Part shown: in pieces, positions 35,601 to 44,238 of the stretch | Position numbering within the stretch: position 1 is the first letter of the stretch | How the letters are laid out: every line of letters begins with the position of its first letter | Translations under genes and position numbers: made by a program | Assembly: GCA_050011415.1 (NCBI GenBank) | Contig: JBEKJD010000001.1 | Span: 1 to 45,430, forward strand | Direction of reading: 5' to 3' | DNA length: 45,430 bases | Origin: Dissulfurispiraceae bacterium | GTDB taxonomy: Bacteria; Nitrospirota; Thermodesulfovibrionia; Thermodesulfovibrionales; Dissulfurispiraceae | The notes under the pieces: generated by a model | Databases searched by the model: none | What the model was told of the DNA's origin: nothing | What the model saw: only the letters and a program-made list of their open reading frames with translations

Positions 35601-36263
35601 TTATTTTTCACGATTCATCACTTCCAGGGAAGGAATGGTTTCAATCAACTCCGGCCAGACAGATGAAGCCGGTTTGTCAAAGAGAAACTTTGCGTCGGCT
35701 TCGGTCACAAGCCAGTCGTTTCTTGAGATTTCGCGTTCGAGCTGTCCCGGCGCCCAACCCGCATAGCCTGCGTATACACGGAATTGTTCATCAGCTCCGG
35801 GATTATCGATCATGCGTTTGAGATAGCCGGTATCTGAACTTATGTATACATGATCGAATAACTGCAGTGATCCAGCTGGCGGCGTGCCGGACCGTATTAT
35901 CATCATTAACTGCTCCATCGCAACCGGCCCTCCCATGTAAAGGGGATCATTTCTTTTCAACATACCCTTTATGTCAGGTAACACTTCGGAAAGTCCCACT
36001 TTGGTAGGATGGTTGATGATCACACCCATAGCGCCATTCTTATCGTATGAGATCACGTAAATAACTGATTCCATGAACAGCGGGGCCCTCATATTATTGC
36101 CCGCAACGAGGAAAACGCCTTTGGCAAGAGCGGGGCGGGTTGAGCCGGGATATACGGCACTGTGCCCGAATGAAACCGCAATCACAGAAATCGCAATAAC
36201 CACAAGAGCGGATATTGCCGATGCCCGGCTGCCCGGGAACTGTCCGCGTCCGGCGTTAATCAT
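35601..36263 (-). CDS. YqgE/AlgH-family protein with an N-terminal hydrophobic extension
   Basis: The core is GVFLVAGNNMRAPLFMESVIYVISYDKNGAMGVIINHPT...YAGYAGWAPGQLEREI...NDWL. It is preceded by about 45 aa containing ISALVVIAISVIAVSF. The start abuts the fumC stop (TGAATG). Confidence 0.75.
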   Translation of the reverse strand: MINAGRGQFPGSRASAISALVVIAISVIAVSFGHSAVYPGSTRPALAKGVFLVAGNNMRAPLFMESVIYVISYDKNGAMGVIINHPTKVGLSEVLPDIKGMLKRNDPLYMGGPVAMEQLMMIIRSGTPPAGSLQLFDHVYISSDTGYLKRMIDNPGADEQFRVYAGYAGWAPGQLEREISRNDWLVTEADAKFLFDKPASSVWPELIETIPSLEVMNREK

Positions 36264-37658
36264 TCATGCCTCGTTTACCATTTTTTTTATATCGAGATAG
36301 GCGTCAATCTCTTTTTCGGACAGGAGGCCGGATTCAAGCAAGACATCCCTGATCCTGCGTTTTTCAGCAAGGGCCTTTTTTATTATCCCGGCTGTCTTTT
36401 CATACCCGAGGACCGGCACAAGCGAGGTGGCTATTATTGGATTTCTTTCAAGCAACTCCTTAACATGCTCAACGTTAACGACCATGCCGCTTACCGCCTT
36501 GTCGGCAAACAACCGCATCGCGTGTGACATGATATCAATAGATTCCAGTATGGAATATCCGATTACCGGAAGCATGGTATTAAGCTCGAATTCGCCGAGC
36601 GAGCAGGAGACTGTAATGGTGGTATCGTTGCCCATCACCCTGGCACAGGCCATTCTGCCTGCCTCCGCGATCACGGGGTTTATCTTCCCCGGCATAATAG
36701 AGGAGCCGGGCTGTAAAGACGGCAGCAGTATTTCAGCAAGCCCTGAATGAGGGCCGCTGTTCATGAGCCTTACATCGTTTACGATCTTCATCAGGCCGAC
36801 CGCGATAGTTTTTAACTGCCCTGAAAGCTCTGAGGCGATGTCCATTGAGGCCTGGGCTTCAAAATTATTATCGGCCCTTGCAAAAGGTATATCTGTTATC
36901 TCACCGATGACCCTGATAACCCTTTCGCTGAATCCGGGGTGGGCATTCAGCCCGGTCCCAACAGCAGTGCCGCCAAGGGGCAACTGAGCGAGTCTCGGCA
37001 GTACACTCTCTATTCTGGCAATGCCCAGCCTGATTTGTGCGGCCCATCCGGAAATTTCCTGGCCAAAAGTAAGGGGCACAGCATCCATCAGGTGAGTTCT
37101 CCCGGTTTTTATCACGCTATTATATTCCTGCTGCTTTTGAGAAAGAACATCAAATAAATGCTTTAGCGCCGGCAGCAGGGTATTGTTCACTTCGAGATAG
37201 GCCGCTATGCGGATTGCAGACGGAATCACGTCATTGGACGACTGTCCCATGTTTACGTGGTCATTGGGATGCACCGGCAAAGTTGAATGCTTATACCCCG
37301 TAAGCAGCTCGTTGGCCCGTGTTGCCGCCACTTCATTCACATTCATATTTGTGGACGTGCCGCTTCCTGTTTGAAAAACACCGAGCGGAAATTGCCCTGC
37401 AAGTTTGCCTTCCATAATCTCTTTGCAAGACCTGAGTATGGCATCTGAGATATCGCCTTTGAGCAATCCAAGATCTGTGTTGGCAACAGCGGCGGCATAC
37501 TTGATTATGGCAACGGAACGTATGAACACTTCAGGTAATGTCAGGCGGCCTGCTGCAAAATTCTCTATCGCCCGCTGCGATTGGGCCCCCCAATATGCAT
37601 CGGCGGGGACCTTGACCTCACCCATACTGTCCCGTTCTATTCTGTAGTCTTCAAACAT
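36264..37658 (-). CDS. fumC: class II fumarate hydratase
   Basis: YRIERDSMGEVKVPADAYWGAQSQRAIENF, FQTGSGTSTNMN, GQSSNDVIPSA and GSSIMPGKINP match FumC more closely than AspA. I prefer the ATG at 37658 (MFEDYRIE). The 46 extra codons in the ORF track overlap the radical SAM gene. Confidence 0.92.
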   Translation of the reverse strand: MFEDYRIERDSMGEVKVPADAYWGAQSQRAIENFAAGRLTLPEVFIRSVAIIKYAAAVANTDLGLLKGDISDAILRSCKEIMEGKLAGQFPLGVFQTGSGTSTNMNVNEVAATRANELLTGYKHSTLPVHPNDHVNMGQSSNDVIPSAIRIAAYLEVNNTLLPALKHLFDVLSQKQQEYNSVIKTGRTHLMDAVPLTFGQEISGWAAQIRLGIARIESVLPRLAQLPLGGTAVGTGLNAHPGFSERVIRVIGEITDIPFARADNNFEAQASMDIASELSGQLKTIAVGLMKIVNDVRLMNSGPHSGLAEILLPSLQPGSSIMPGKINPVIAEAGRMACARVMGNDTTITVSCSLGEFELNTMLPVIGYSILESIDIMSHAMRLFADKAVSGMVVNVEHVKELLERNPIIATSLVPVLGYEKTAGIIKKALAEKRRIRDVLLESGLLSEKEIDAYLDIKKMVNEA

Positions 37659-37675
37659 AAGACAATTATAACAGA

Positions 37676-38686
37676 CTACGGCATACCTATGCCGTCGATC
37701 CTTGAGCCGCACTTCTGACAATGGGAATCTTTCATGCTGATGCGGGTCAGCGAGAACCCGACTCGTTCTATCAGCAGCGTGCCGCAGGACGGGCACAGCG
37801 TATTTTCACCGCCTGCACCCGGGACATTGCCTTCATAAACATATTTCAAACCGGTTTTCAGACCGATCATGCGTGCGCCTCTTAAAGTATTTAGCGGCGT
37901 CCTCGGTTTATCAAGGAGTTTATAGGTTGGATAGAACTGGCTTACGTGCCACGGGATAGCGGCATCGACAGACTTTATGAACTCAGCGGCAAAGGTTAGA
38001 AAATCATCGGAATCGTTATAATCAGGGATGATAAGTGTGGTCACTTCAACCCAGACCCCTAATTGCTTCATAAGTTTAATAGTGTCGAGCACTGGCTGAA
38101 GCCTTGCTCCGACAACCTTTCTATAAAAGGCATCGTCTCCTTTTAAATCAATATTGTTGGCATCAAGGTAGGGCGCTATAAGCCGTATCGCATCAGGGCT
38201 GGTATAGCCGTTGCTGACAAAGACATTCCTGATGCCCTTCTTGTGGGCCAGTCGGGCACAGTCATAGGCAAACTCAAAAAATATCGTGGGCTCGGTATAG
38301 GTGTAAGATATGCTTTCGCATCCGCTGCGCCAGGCCTCTTCAACGACCTGCTCCGGTGACATCTCTTCGCCCGGGATATCCTTATTCTGCTTCGGGAACT
38401 GAGATATCTCAAAATTCTGGCAGTGCAGGCACCTGAAATTACATCCGACAGTGGAAATAGAAAAAGAACTCGAACCGGGATAAAAATGAAAAAGGGGCTT
38501 TTTCTCAATCGGGTCTATATGCTTTGCAACAACTTTGCCATACACAAGGGAATAAAGCGTTCCCTCAGTGTTTTCCCTGACTCCGCAAATGCCGCGCTTC
38601 CCCGGTGAAATGGTGCAGTGCTGAGGACAGAGGAAGCATTTTACCTTTCCTTCGTCAAGTTTTTCGTAGAGCCTGGCTTCATACAT
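37676..38686 (-). CDS. AmmeMemoRadiSam-system radical SAM enzyme
   Basis: The N-terminus has VKCFLCPQHCTISPGKRGICGVR. The radical SAM triad is CNFRCLHCQN. The C-terminal Cys knuckles are CPSCG...CQKCG. Length is 336 aa. Confidence 0.8.
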   Translation of the reverse strand: MYEARLYEKLDEGKVKCFLCPQHCTISPGKRGICGVRENTEGTLYSLVYGKVVAKHIDPIEKKPLFHFYPGSSSFSISTVGCNFRCLHCQNFEISQFPKQNKDIPGEEMSPEQVVEEAWRSGCESISYTYTEPTIFFEFAYDCARLAHKKGIRNVFVSNGYTSPDAIRLIAPYLDANNIDLKGDDAFYRKVVGARLQPVLDTIKLMKQLGVWVEVTTLIIPDYNDSDDFLTFAAEFIKSVDAAIPWHVSQFYPTYKLLDKPRTPLNTLRGARMIGLKTGLKYVYEGNVPGAGGENTLCPSCGTLLIERVGFSLTRISMKDSHCQKCGSRIDGIGMP

Positions 38687-38689
38687 GCA

Positions 38690-38965
38690 TCAAACTGTTT
38701 TTTTCGGTTTAGCAGTCCTCTTTGCTGGAGCCTTCATAGGCTTGGTATCTACAGTTTTTTTTGCGGCTGCCGGGGCAGAGGCCGCCTTCTTGACCGGCTC
38801 CTCAACAGTCGGTTCAGAATGCTTCTTGCGGCTTTGTCCTCCGTCGAGACGGCTCTTGACGATCCGTTCAGCTTCAACCCAGTTCTCAAGATCACGGCCC
38901 GGCATGCACCCGCTTTTCATGTACAGCTCATGGGCGGTCTTGGCAATTTCTTCTTGGATATTCAT
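38690..38965 (-). CDS. DUF2934-like small protein with a Lys/Ala-rich basic tail
   Basis: 91 aa. IAKTAHELYMKSGCMPGRDLENWVEAERIV (DUF2934 pattern) is followed by KKAASAPAAAKKTVDTKPMKAPAKRTAKPKKTV. SD AGGAGG. 3 nt upstream of the radical SAM gene. Confidence 0.6.
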   Translation of the reverse strand: MNIQEEIAKTAHELYMKSGCMPGRDLENWVEAERIVKSRLDGGQSRKKHSEPTVEEPVKKAASAPAAAKKTVDTKPMKAPAKRTAKPKKTV

Positions 38966-39052
38966 TATAAAACCTCCTTAGACCATATTTGATTATCAAT
39001 AGTAACATCGTTTTAAAGTTAAAGCAACATGTCTGAATGACAAGAATGAACG

Positions 39053-39799
39053 CTAAGTCTTTATAGTTTGATTATCAGCTTTGCCTGAAGGATTGATGCT
39101 GTTAAGTGCAACATTTTGGATCTCTGATTGCCCGGAGGTCATATTCCTGAGATCGGCAACTCTGTTCATCCATCCCTTGAGGTACCTGGCATACCGCCCG
39201 GGTCTCAGTTCAGCCAGGCGGGTATAGCGCCTGGCCCGCATTTCCAGATATATCCCGGTGTTGCCGCCCGATTTTTTCAACAGCTTTACAGCAGCAGCAG
39301 GACTATTCACATAGGTATCGAAATGAACAAGGCTCAGTGGATACGGCAACGACGCAGCCCCGGATTTGTCCCATATTTTCTTATAAACAGCTTCGGCATC
39401 CGCCCTGGTTATATTCCTGATGTTGCCCTTATACCCATATTCCTTTGCCGTGGATTGCAGTATGCCGAACCTGGATGATTCCGCGCCGCCGTCGCGCTGC
39501 ACATAGGCGCTACCCTCATGTTTAAGGACAGTCGCAAGTATCTCTTTGAACCTGCTGTTGTCCCTGTCGTTAACTAATGGAGGACCGGATGACTGCAGGG
39601 GCGGGAATGATTGTACGGCCTGCCCCTTGTCTAATAGCTCCGAATGGTTGTCAACCTGGTTCAGCGATGCTGAAAGCAGTGCTTCGAAAGAATTGCTGCC
39701 GGCAATGGATACGTCTTTGGAAAGGAGCTTGGCAATAAGGAGCATCTGTTGCTGGGGATCAACTGGGGCGATATCTTTGATGTCCTTAGGCACTGTCAT
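39053..39799 (-). CDS. GH108-like / PG_binding_3-like putative peptidoglycan hydrolase with a unique N-terminal region
   Basis: VLKHEGSAYVQRDGGAESSRFGILQSTAKEYGY...ITRADAEAVYKKIWD...VHFDTYVNSPAAAVKLLKK resembles the GH108 lysozyme-like fold (HEGG...GG.T.YGI). The C-terminal RARRYTRLAELRPGRYARYLKGWMNRV resembles the associated binding domain. ATG at 39799 is preceded by AAGAGGA. Confidence 0.45.
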   Translation of the reverse strand: MTVPKDIKDIAPVDPQQQMLLIAKLLSKDVSIAGSNSFEALLSASLNQVDNHSELLDKGQAVQSFPPLQSSGPPLVNDRDNSRFKEILATVLKHEGSAYVQRDGGAESSRFGILQSTAKEYGYKGNIRNITRADAEAVYKKIWDKSGAASLPYPLSLVHFDTYVNSPAAAVKLLKKSGGNTGIYLEMRARRYTRLAELRPGRYARYLKGWMNRVADLRNMTSGQSEIQNVALNSINPSGKADNQTIKT

Positions 39800-39969
39800 T
39801 TGCAAATCCTCTTACCAGAGCTTTTTTGCATCTGTTTGTTATCGATATGATTCTAACATAACAGGAGGTAAGGTTTCATGTTGAAACTGCAATTCAGACA
39901 GTAGATGTTGTCAAAGCTTGTCGAATATGCAATAATAGTAGTTCAAAAAATATTACGGTGGAGGTCAGC

Positions 39970-40563
39970 ATGAGATCTGTTAAAGCATTACTTATAATTT
40001 TGTTGGGGCTGGCAGTTGCCGTTTCCGCTTACGCCGAAATAAGAAATAAAAAGTTCACTAAAGAGGAGATCAAGAAAATGGCTGATACGAAGGCGGTTAT
40101 CGAAACAAAATTCGGGAAAATTAAAATTAAATTCTTCCCTGAAGTTGCACCTAATCATGTTAACAATTTTATCGAACTCACCAGGAAAGGGTTTTATGAC
40201 ACTACCACTTTTCACCGCGTCATACCCGATTTTATGATCCAGGGCGGTGATCCCAATTCGAAAAACCACGATAAATCAACACACGGAATTGGCGGACCTG
40301 GATACGCGCTCAAAGCGGAATTCAACGACACACCTCATAAGAGAGGGACCCTTTCAATGGCAAGATCCGCCAGCCCGGACAGCGCCGGTTCGCAGTTCTT
40401 TATCTGCGTCGCTGATTCACCGTTTCTTGACAGGCTGTATACCGCCTTCGGTGAGGTCGTGTCAGGGATGGATGTTGTTGACAAGATTGTGAGCCAGCCA
40501 AAGGATGCGAATGACAACCCTAATGAGCGTATTGAAATGAAAATAAAGATAATAGAAAAATAG
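39970..40563 (+). CDS. exported cyclophilin-type peptidyl-prolyl cis-trans isomerase
   Basis: Signal peptide MRSVKALLIILLGLAVAVSAYA, then FHRVIPDFMIQGGDP, GTLSMARS, GSQFFI and FGEVVSGMDVVDKI. I prefer the ATG at 39970 (GGAGGT 5 nt upstream) over the GTG at 39958. Confidence 0.93.
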   Translation: MRSVKALLIILLGLAVAVSAYAEIRNKKFTKEEIKKMADTKAVIETKFGKIKIKFFPEVAPNHVNNFIELTRKGFYDTTTFHRVIPDFMIQGGDPNSKNHDKSTHGIGGPGYALKAEFNDTPHKRGTLSMARSASPDSAGSQFFICVADSPFLDRLYTAFGEVVSGMDVVDKIVSQPKDANDNPNERIEMKIKIIEK

Positions 40564-40641
40564 GTCATAGGTGATAGGTCATGGGTCATAGGTTCGAAAA
40601 CAGACTTTTTATATTTTCCTATAACCTATTGCCCATTGCCT
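40562..40641. repeat. second heptamer-repeat hairpin element, related to the one at 25558-25625
   Basis: Left arm is AGGTCAT AGGTGAT AGGTCAT GGGTCAT AGG (40562-40592). Right arm is CCTATAACCTATTGCCCATTGCCT (40618-40641). The left arm starts inside the PPIase stop codon. The right arm supplies the uvrA stop and its last 6-7 codons (AMGNRL*). Confidence 0.8.
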
Positions 40642-43396
40642 GTTCCTTAAGATACTTTCCGGTATAAGAGTCTTCTACGTTCTTCAACTCATCCGGAGTC
40701 CCCTCAAACAGAACAACACCGCCTTTGTCACCACCCTCTGGACCGAGGTCGATGACCCAGTCAGCCTGGGCTATGACATCAAGATTATGTTCTATAATCA
40801 CCACAGTGTTGCCGCTTTCGACCAGTTTTCTGATTATTTTCAGGAGCATTATTACGTCATTGTAATGGAGCCCCACGGTCGGTTCATCAAGGATGTAGAG
40901 CACCCCCTGTGAATTAGGTCTTGAGTTCACCGATAGTTCAGCGCATATTTTTAGCCGCTGGGCCTCTCCCCCTGAAAGTGTTGTGGCTGATTGGCCCAGA
41001 CGGAGGTAGCCCAGCCCGATATCCTTCAGGAGCATGAGTTTTGATTTGATTTCCTGGACATCTGTAAAGAACTCAATAGCATCGTCCACTGTCATTTTCA
41101 AAATGTCATTTATATTTTTCCCCCTGTAATAAACACGCAGGGCCTCGATCTTGTATCGCCTTCCCTTGCATTCCTCGCATGTCACAAAAATATCCTCGAA
41201 AAAGTACATTTCCATCTTCTGGAAGCCTTCACCCTTGCAGGATTCACACCTACCTCCCGGCACATTGAATGAGAAGAACCCTGGTGAATATCCATGTGCC
41301 CGCGCTTCCAGCTGCCTGGAAAATATCTTGCGCACCGGGTCGAACATTTTGAGATAAGTCAATGGATTTGAGCGGGGTGTTTTCCCAATCGGGCTTTGGT
41401 CGATAAGTCGTACTCCCTTTATATTTTCAATACCCGCAATTTTTTTATAGGGAAGCGGCTGCTGAGGTTCAAGCCTGAAGTGGCGTGCCAGGGCATGGTG
41501 CAGCGTTTCAACGATAAGGCTGCTTTTGCCCGATCCCGAAACCCCGGAAACAACAGTCAGGGATTCAAGGGGGACCCTGAGAGTAACGTTCCTGAGATTG
41601 TTGCCAGAAGCCCCGCTAAGCGTGAGGAAATAATCCCTCGTGCGCAACTGGTAATCTTTTTCTTTTTTCCGCACCGCCGGAATGTAAGGCTTATCCACAC
41701 CTTTGATATACCGCGAAGTCAGCGTGTCAGCCTTTAAAAATTCGCTCATAGGACCTGAAAACACCACCTCGCCGCCCATATGTCCTCCGTAAGGGCCCAG
41801 TTCCACCACCCAGTCGCTGGAGGAAATTATATCCTTGTCATGCTCGACTACGATAATTGTATTGCCTAATGAAGCGAGTTCGCTCATTATTTCAGCAATC
41901 CTTCTCGTATCCCTCGGATGCAGGCCGATAGTGGGCTCATCGAGGACATAAAGGGTGCCGGTAAGCGCCGATGCCAATTGATTGGACAAGTTTACGCGCT
42001 GGTATTCGCCGCCTGAAAGTGTTTTCGCCTGTCTGTTCAGAGTAAGATAGTCGAGTCCCACCCGTCTGAGGAACCTGAGCTTCATGGTAATCTGCCGTAC
42101 CGCCTCTTTCGCGATGTCCTCCTGCAACGGCGAAAGCTGGAGTGATTCAAACCAGCCCAGCGCCTTTGATACCGGCATATCGGACAGATCGGCAATATTC
42201 AAACCCTCTATCCTGTAAGCCAGCGCAACATCAGAAAGCCGCCTGCCGCGGCATTTTGGACAGGTGACCGGGCTCCTGTACCTGCTCAACAGCACTCTGA
42301 CATGCAGTTTGTAGCGCTTGCTTTCCATCTCCTCAAAGAAACTGTCTATGCCGTAAAAATGCTCATTGCCCTTGAAGATAATGTTTTTCTCCTGCTTTGA
42401 CAGGTCATTGAAAGCCTCATTTGCAGGTATGCCGGTCTTCTTTGCGCCCTTGATCATCTGGTCCCTCCACCATTTGTATCCGGGCTTTTCCCAGAGAGCT
42501 ATCGCTCCCCGGGATAGTGAAAGCGTTTTATCCGGTATGATCAAGTCCTCATCATATATGAGTATATTGCCGAATCCCTTGCACTCGGGGCATGCGCACA
42601 CCGGGTGATTGAATGAAAAAAGAATAGGCGTCGGTTCCGGAAGGGATACGGAGCAATCATCGCATGTATTGTGCGAAGAAAACCGTAGCACTATTTCGCT
42701 TGCCATATCATGGGCCCTTAATACGATTACCTTGACCTGTTCCCTTCCTTCTTTCCATGCCATCTCTATTGAATCGGACAGTCTGGGTTCATCTCTTATA
42801 ACGAGCCGATCAAGAACAACTTCGATCGGACCGGATATATGTTCCGGAAGGTCTGTTATATCAACAGCCTCTTTATTGAACCAGACTCTGTGGAACCCCC
42901 TTTGACGCAGGGTCTCAAGCGGTTCGGAGGTTTCAAAAATAATAAGCGCCCTCCCATTCTGATATTTTTCGAGCAACTCTGAAGCGATCTGCGAGGTATC
43001 CCATCTCCTTATCTCTTTGCCGCATTTATTGCAATACGGGGTGGCAATTCTGGAATACAAGACCCTGAACAAATCGTAGAGTTCCGTGAGCGTGCCTACT
43101 GTGGAGCGGGAGCCTTTAACAGGGTTTTTCTGCTCAAGTGCGACAGCGGGCCTTATATTGTGGATTGCATCGACATCAGGCCTGTCAAGCTTCTCAAGAA
43201 AAAGCCTGGCATAGGTTGAAAGCGACTCGATAAACCTCCATTGCCCCTCTGCAAAAATGGTATCGAACGCCAGCGAGGACTTTCCGGAACCGGACACGCC
43301 GGTCACGGCAATAATCTGGTTGTGGGGCAGGCTGAGGGTTATATTCTTAAGGTTATTCTGCCGTGCACCCTCAATTATCAAATTAAGATTCGACAT
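40619..43396 (-). CDS. uvrA: excinuclease ABC subunit A
   Basis: GARQNNLKNITLSLPHNQIIAVTGVSGSGKSSLAFDTIFAEGQWRFIESLSTYARLFL. There are two ABC modules (second Walker A GVSGSGKSSL; signatures LSGGEYQRVNL and LSGGEAQRLKI) and Zn-finger Cys pairs. Length is 925 aa. Confidence 0.93.
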   Translation of the reverse strand: MSNLNLIIEGARQNNLKNITLSLPHNQIIAVTGVSGSGKSSLAFDTIFAEGQWRFIESLSTYARLFLEKLDRPDVDAIHNIRPAVALEQKNPVKGSRSTVGTLTELYDLFRVLYSRIATPYCNKCGKEIRRWDTSQIASELLEKYQNGRALIIFETSEPLETLRQRGFHRVWFNKEAVDITDLPEHISGPIEVVLDRLVIRDEPRLSDSIEMAWKEGREQVKVIVLRAHDMASEIVLRFSSHNTCDDCSVSLPEPTPILFSFNHPVCACPECKGFGNILIYDEDLIIPDKTLSLSRGAIALWEKPGYKWWRDQMIKGAKKTGIPANEAFNDLSKQEKNIIFKGNEHFYGIDSFFEEMESKRYKLHVRVLLSRYRSPVTCPKCRGRRLSDVALAYRIEGLNIADLSDMPVSKALGWFESLQLSPLQEDIAKEAVRQITMKLRFLRRVGLDYLTLNRQAKTLSGGEYQRVNLSNQLASALTGTLYVLDEPTIGLHPRDTRRIAEIMSELASLGNTIIVVEHDKDIISSSDWVVELGPYGGHMGGEVVFSGPMSEFLKADTLTSRYIKGVDKPYIPAVRKKEKDYQLRTRDYFLTLSGASGNNLRNVTLRVPLESLTVVSGVSGSGKSSLIVETLHHALARHFRLEPQQPLPYKKIAGIENIKGVRLIDQSPIGKTPRSNPLTYLKMFDPVRKIFSRQLEARAHGYSPGFFSFNVPGGRCESCKGEGFQKMEMYFFEDIFVTCEECKGRRYKIEALRVYYRGKNINDILKMTVDDAIEFFTDVQEIKSKLMLLKDIGLGYLRLGQSATTLSGGEAQRLKICAELSVNSRPNSQGVLYILDEPTVGLHYNDVIMLLKIIRKLVESGNTVVIIEHNLDVIAQADWVIDLGPEGGDKGGVVLFEGTPDELKNVEDSYTGKYLKEQAMGNRL

Positions 43397-43440
43397 CTAT
43401 ATATATTAACATTTTGAACTCAAATGAAAGAATATCCCCA

Positions 43441-43550
43441 AATCCCGGACCAGGATTCTTTCTCAAAGAAACTACGGTCATTGCGGACCCGGTCTCATCG
43501 GGCGTGGCAATCTCATCTTTTAACAGCATGATTGCTTCACTTAGTACTTC
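43441..43550. repeat. degenerate REP/MITE-like palindromic remnants
   Basis: AATCCCGGACCAGGATT; GTCATTGCGGACCCGGTCTCATCGGGCGTGGCAATC, with nested ATTGC/GCAAT and CCCG/CGGG pairs; and GATTGCTTCAC. Similar in style to the element at 11151-11218. The 72-aa ORF across it is probably an artefact. Confidence 0.35.
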
Positions 43551-43708
43551 ATTTCATATGCCTTTACATGGCTTGACACTCTCTTTACAGCGTGGTATCG
43601 TTGAGACGTACAGAGGTATTTGCACTAATTAACAGGCAATTTTTTATACGAAATGGGTGATTTACGGCATTTGCCGCAGTAACTATAATTTAAAGGAGGA
43701 CTACAGTT

Positions 43709-44074
43709 ATGAAACAGATTCGGATATTTGTTATGGTTGTTGCCTTAAGTTTTATCCTGCCGTTTGCGGTCTGTGCCCAGGAGCACAGGCATTCACACCG
43801 TGGCGAAATCCGCATAGTGAATGATACGGAGAGCCAAGTATCGATTTATGTCACGACTGAAAAATATGGCAGGATAGGAGTATTTACGTTCAAACCCGGC
43901 CAGAACTCCTATCTGCTTTATGGTGAGGGCAATCTCAAGTTGAGGGTAAGTGGAAACGACGAAATCGAAATCGCAGACTGGGGAAAAACCTACATCGGGG
44001 ATGTGGCGGAATTTGTTGATGGTGTATGGAATCTCAGTATCCGTCACGCACACCACGAAATGCATCACAGATAA
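43709..44074 (+). CDS. small exported protein with His-rich termini
   Basis: Signal peptide MKQIRIFVMVVALSFILPFAVCAQ. The mature N-terminus is EHRHSHRG and the C-terminus is RHAHHEMHHR, with a beta-rich middle. SD AAGGAGGA. Confidence 0.6.
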   Translation: MKQIRIFVMVVALSFILPFAVCAQEHRHSHRGEIRIVNDTESQVSIYVTTEKYGRIGVFTFKPGQNSYLLYGEGNLKLRVSGNDEIEIADWGKTYIGDVAEFVDGVWNLSIRHAHHEMHHR

Positions 44075-44089
44075 CAGTACACAAGGCAG

Positions 44090-44143
44090 GCACGATTCCC
44101 GGCATCATACAGAAGGCCGGGATCGTGCGCTATCATTCTTTTA
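44090..44143 (+). terminator. rho-independent terminator of the His-rich protein gene
   Basis: GCACGATTCCCGGC (44090-44103) pairs with GCCGGGATCGTGC (44116-44128), with one bulged T. TTCTTTT follows a few nt downstream. Confidence 0.6.
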
Positions 44144-44238
44144 ATACTGAAAAACAAACTTATCCGGAGCATGGCTACCATGTCCTTAATTGGAGGGTAG
44201 CATGCTGACTCAGTTTTCATCGAACTGAGCCTCCTCAA

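Noticed and set aside
43414-43632. 72-aa plus-strand ORF upstream of uvrA.
   Set aside because: It is translated across palindromic REP-like remnants (…VIADPVSSGVAISS…MIASLS…), a typical source of spurious hypothetical proteins. It has no RBS.
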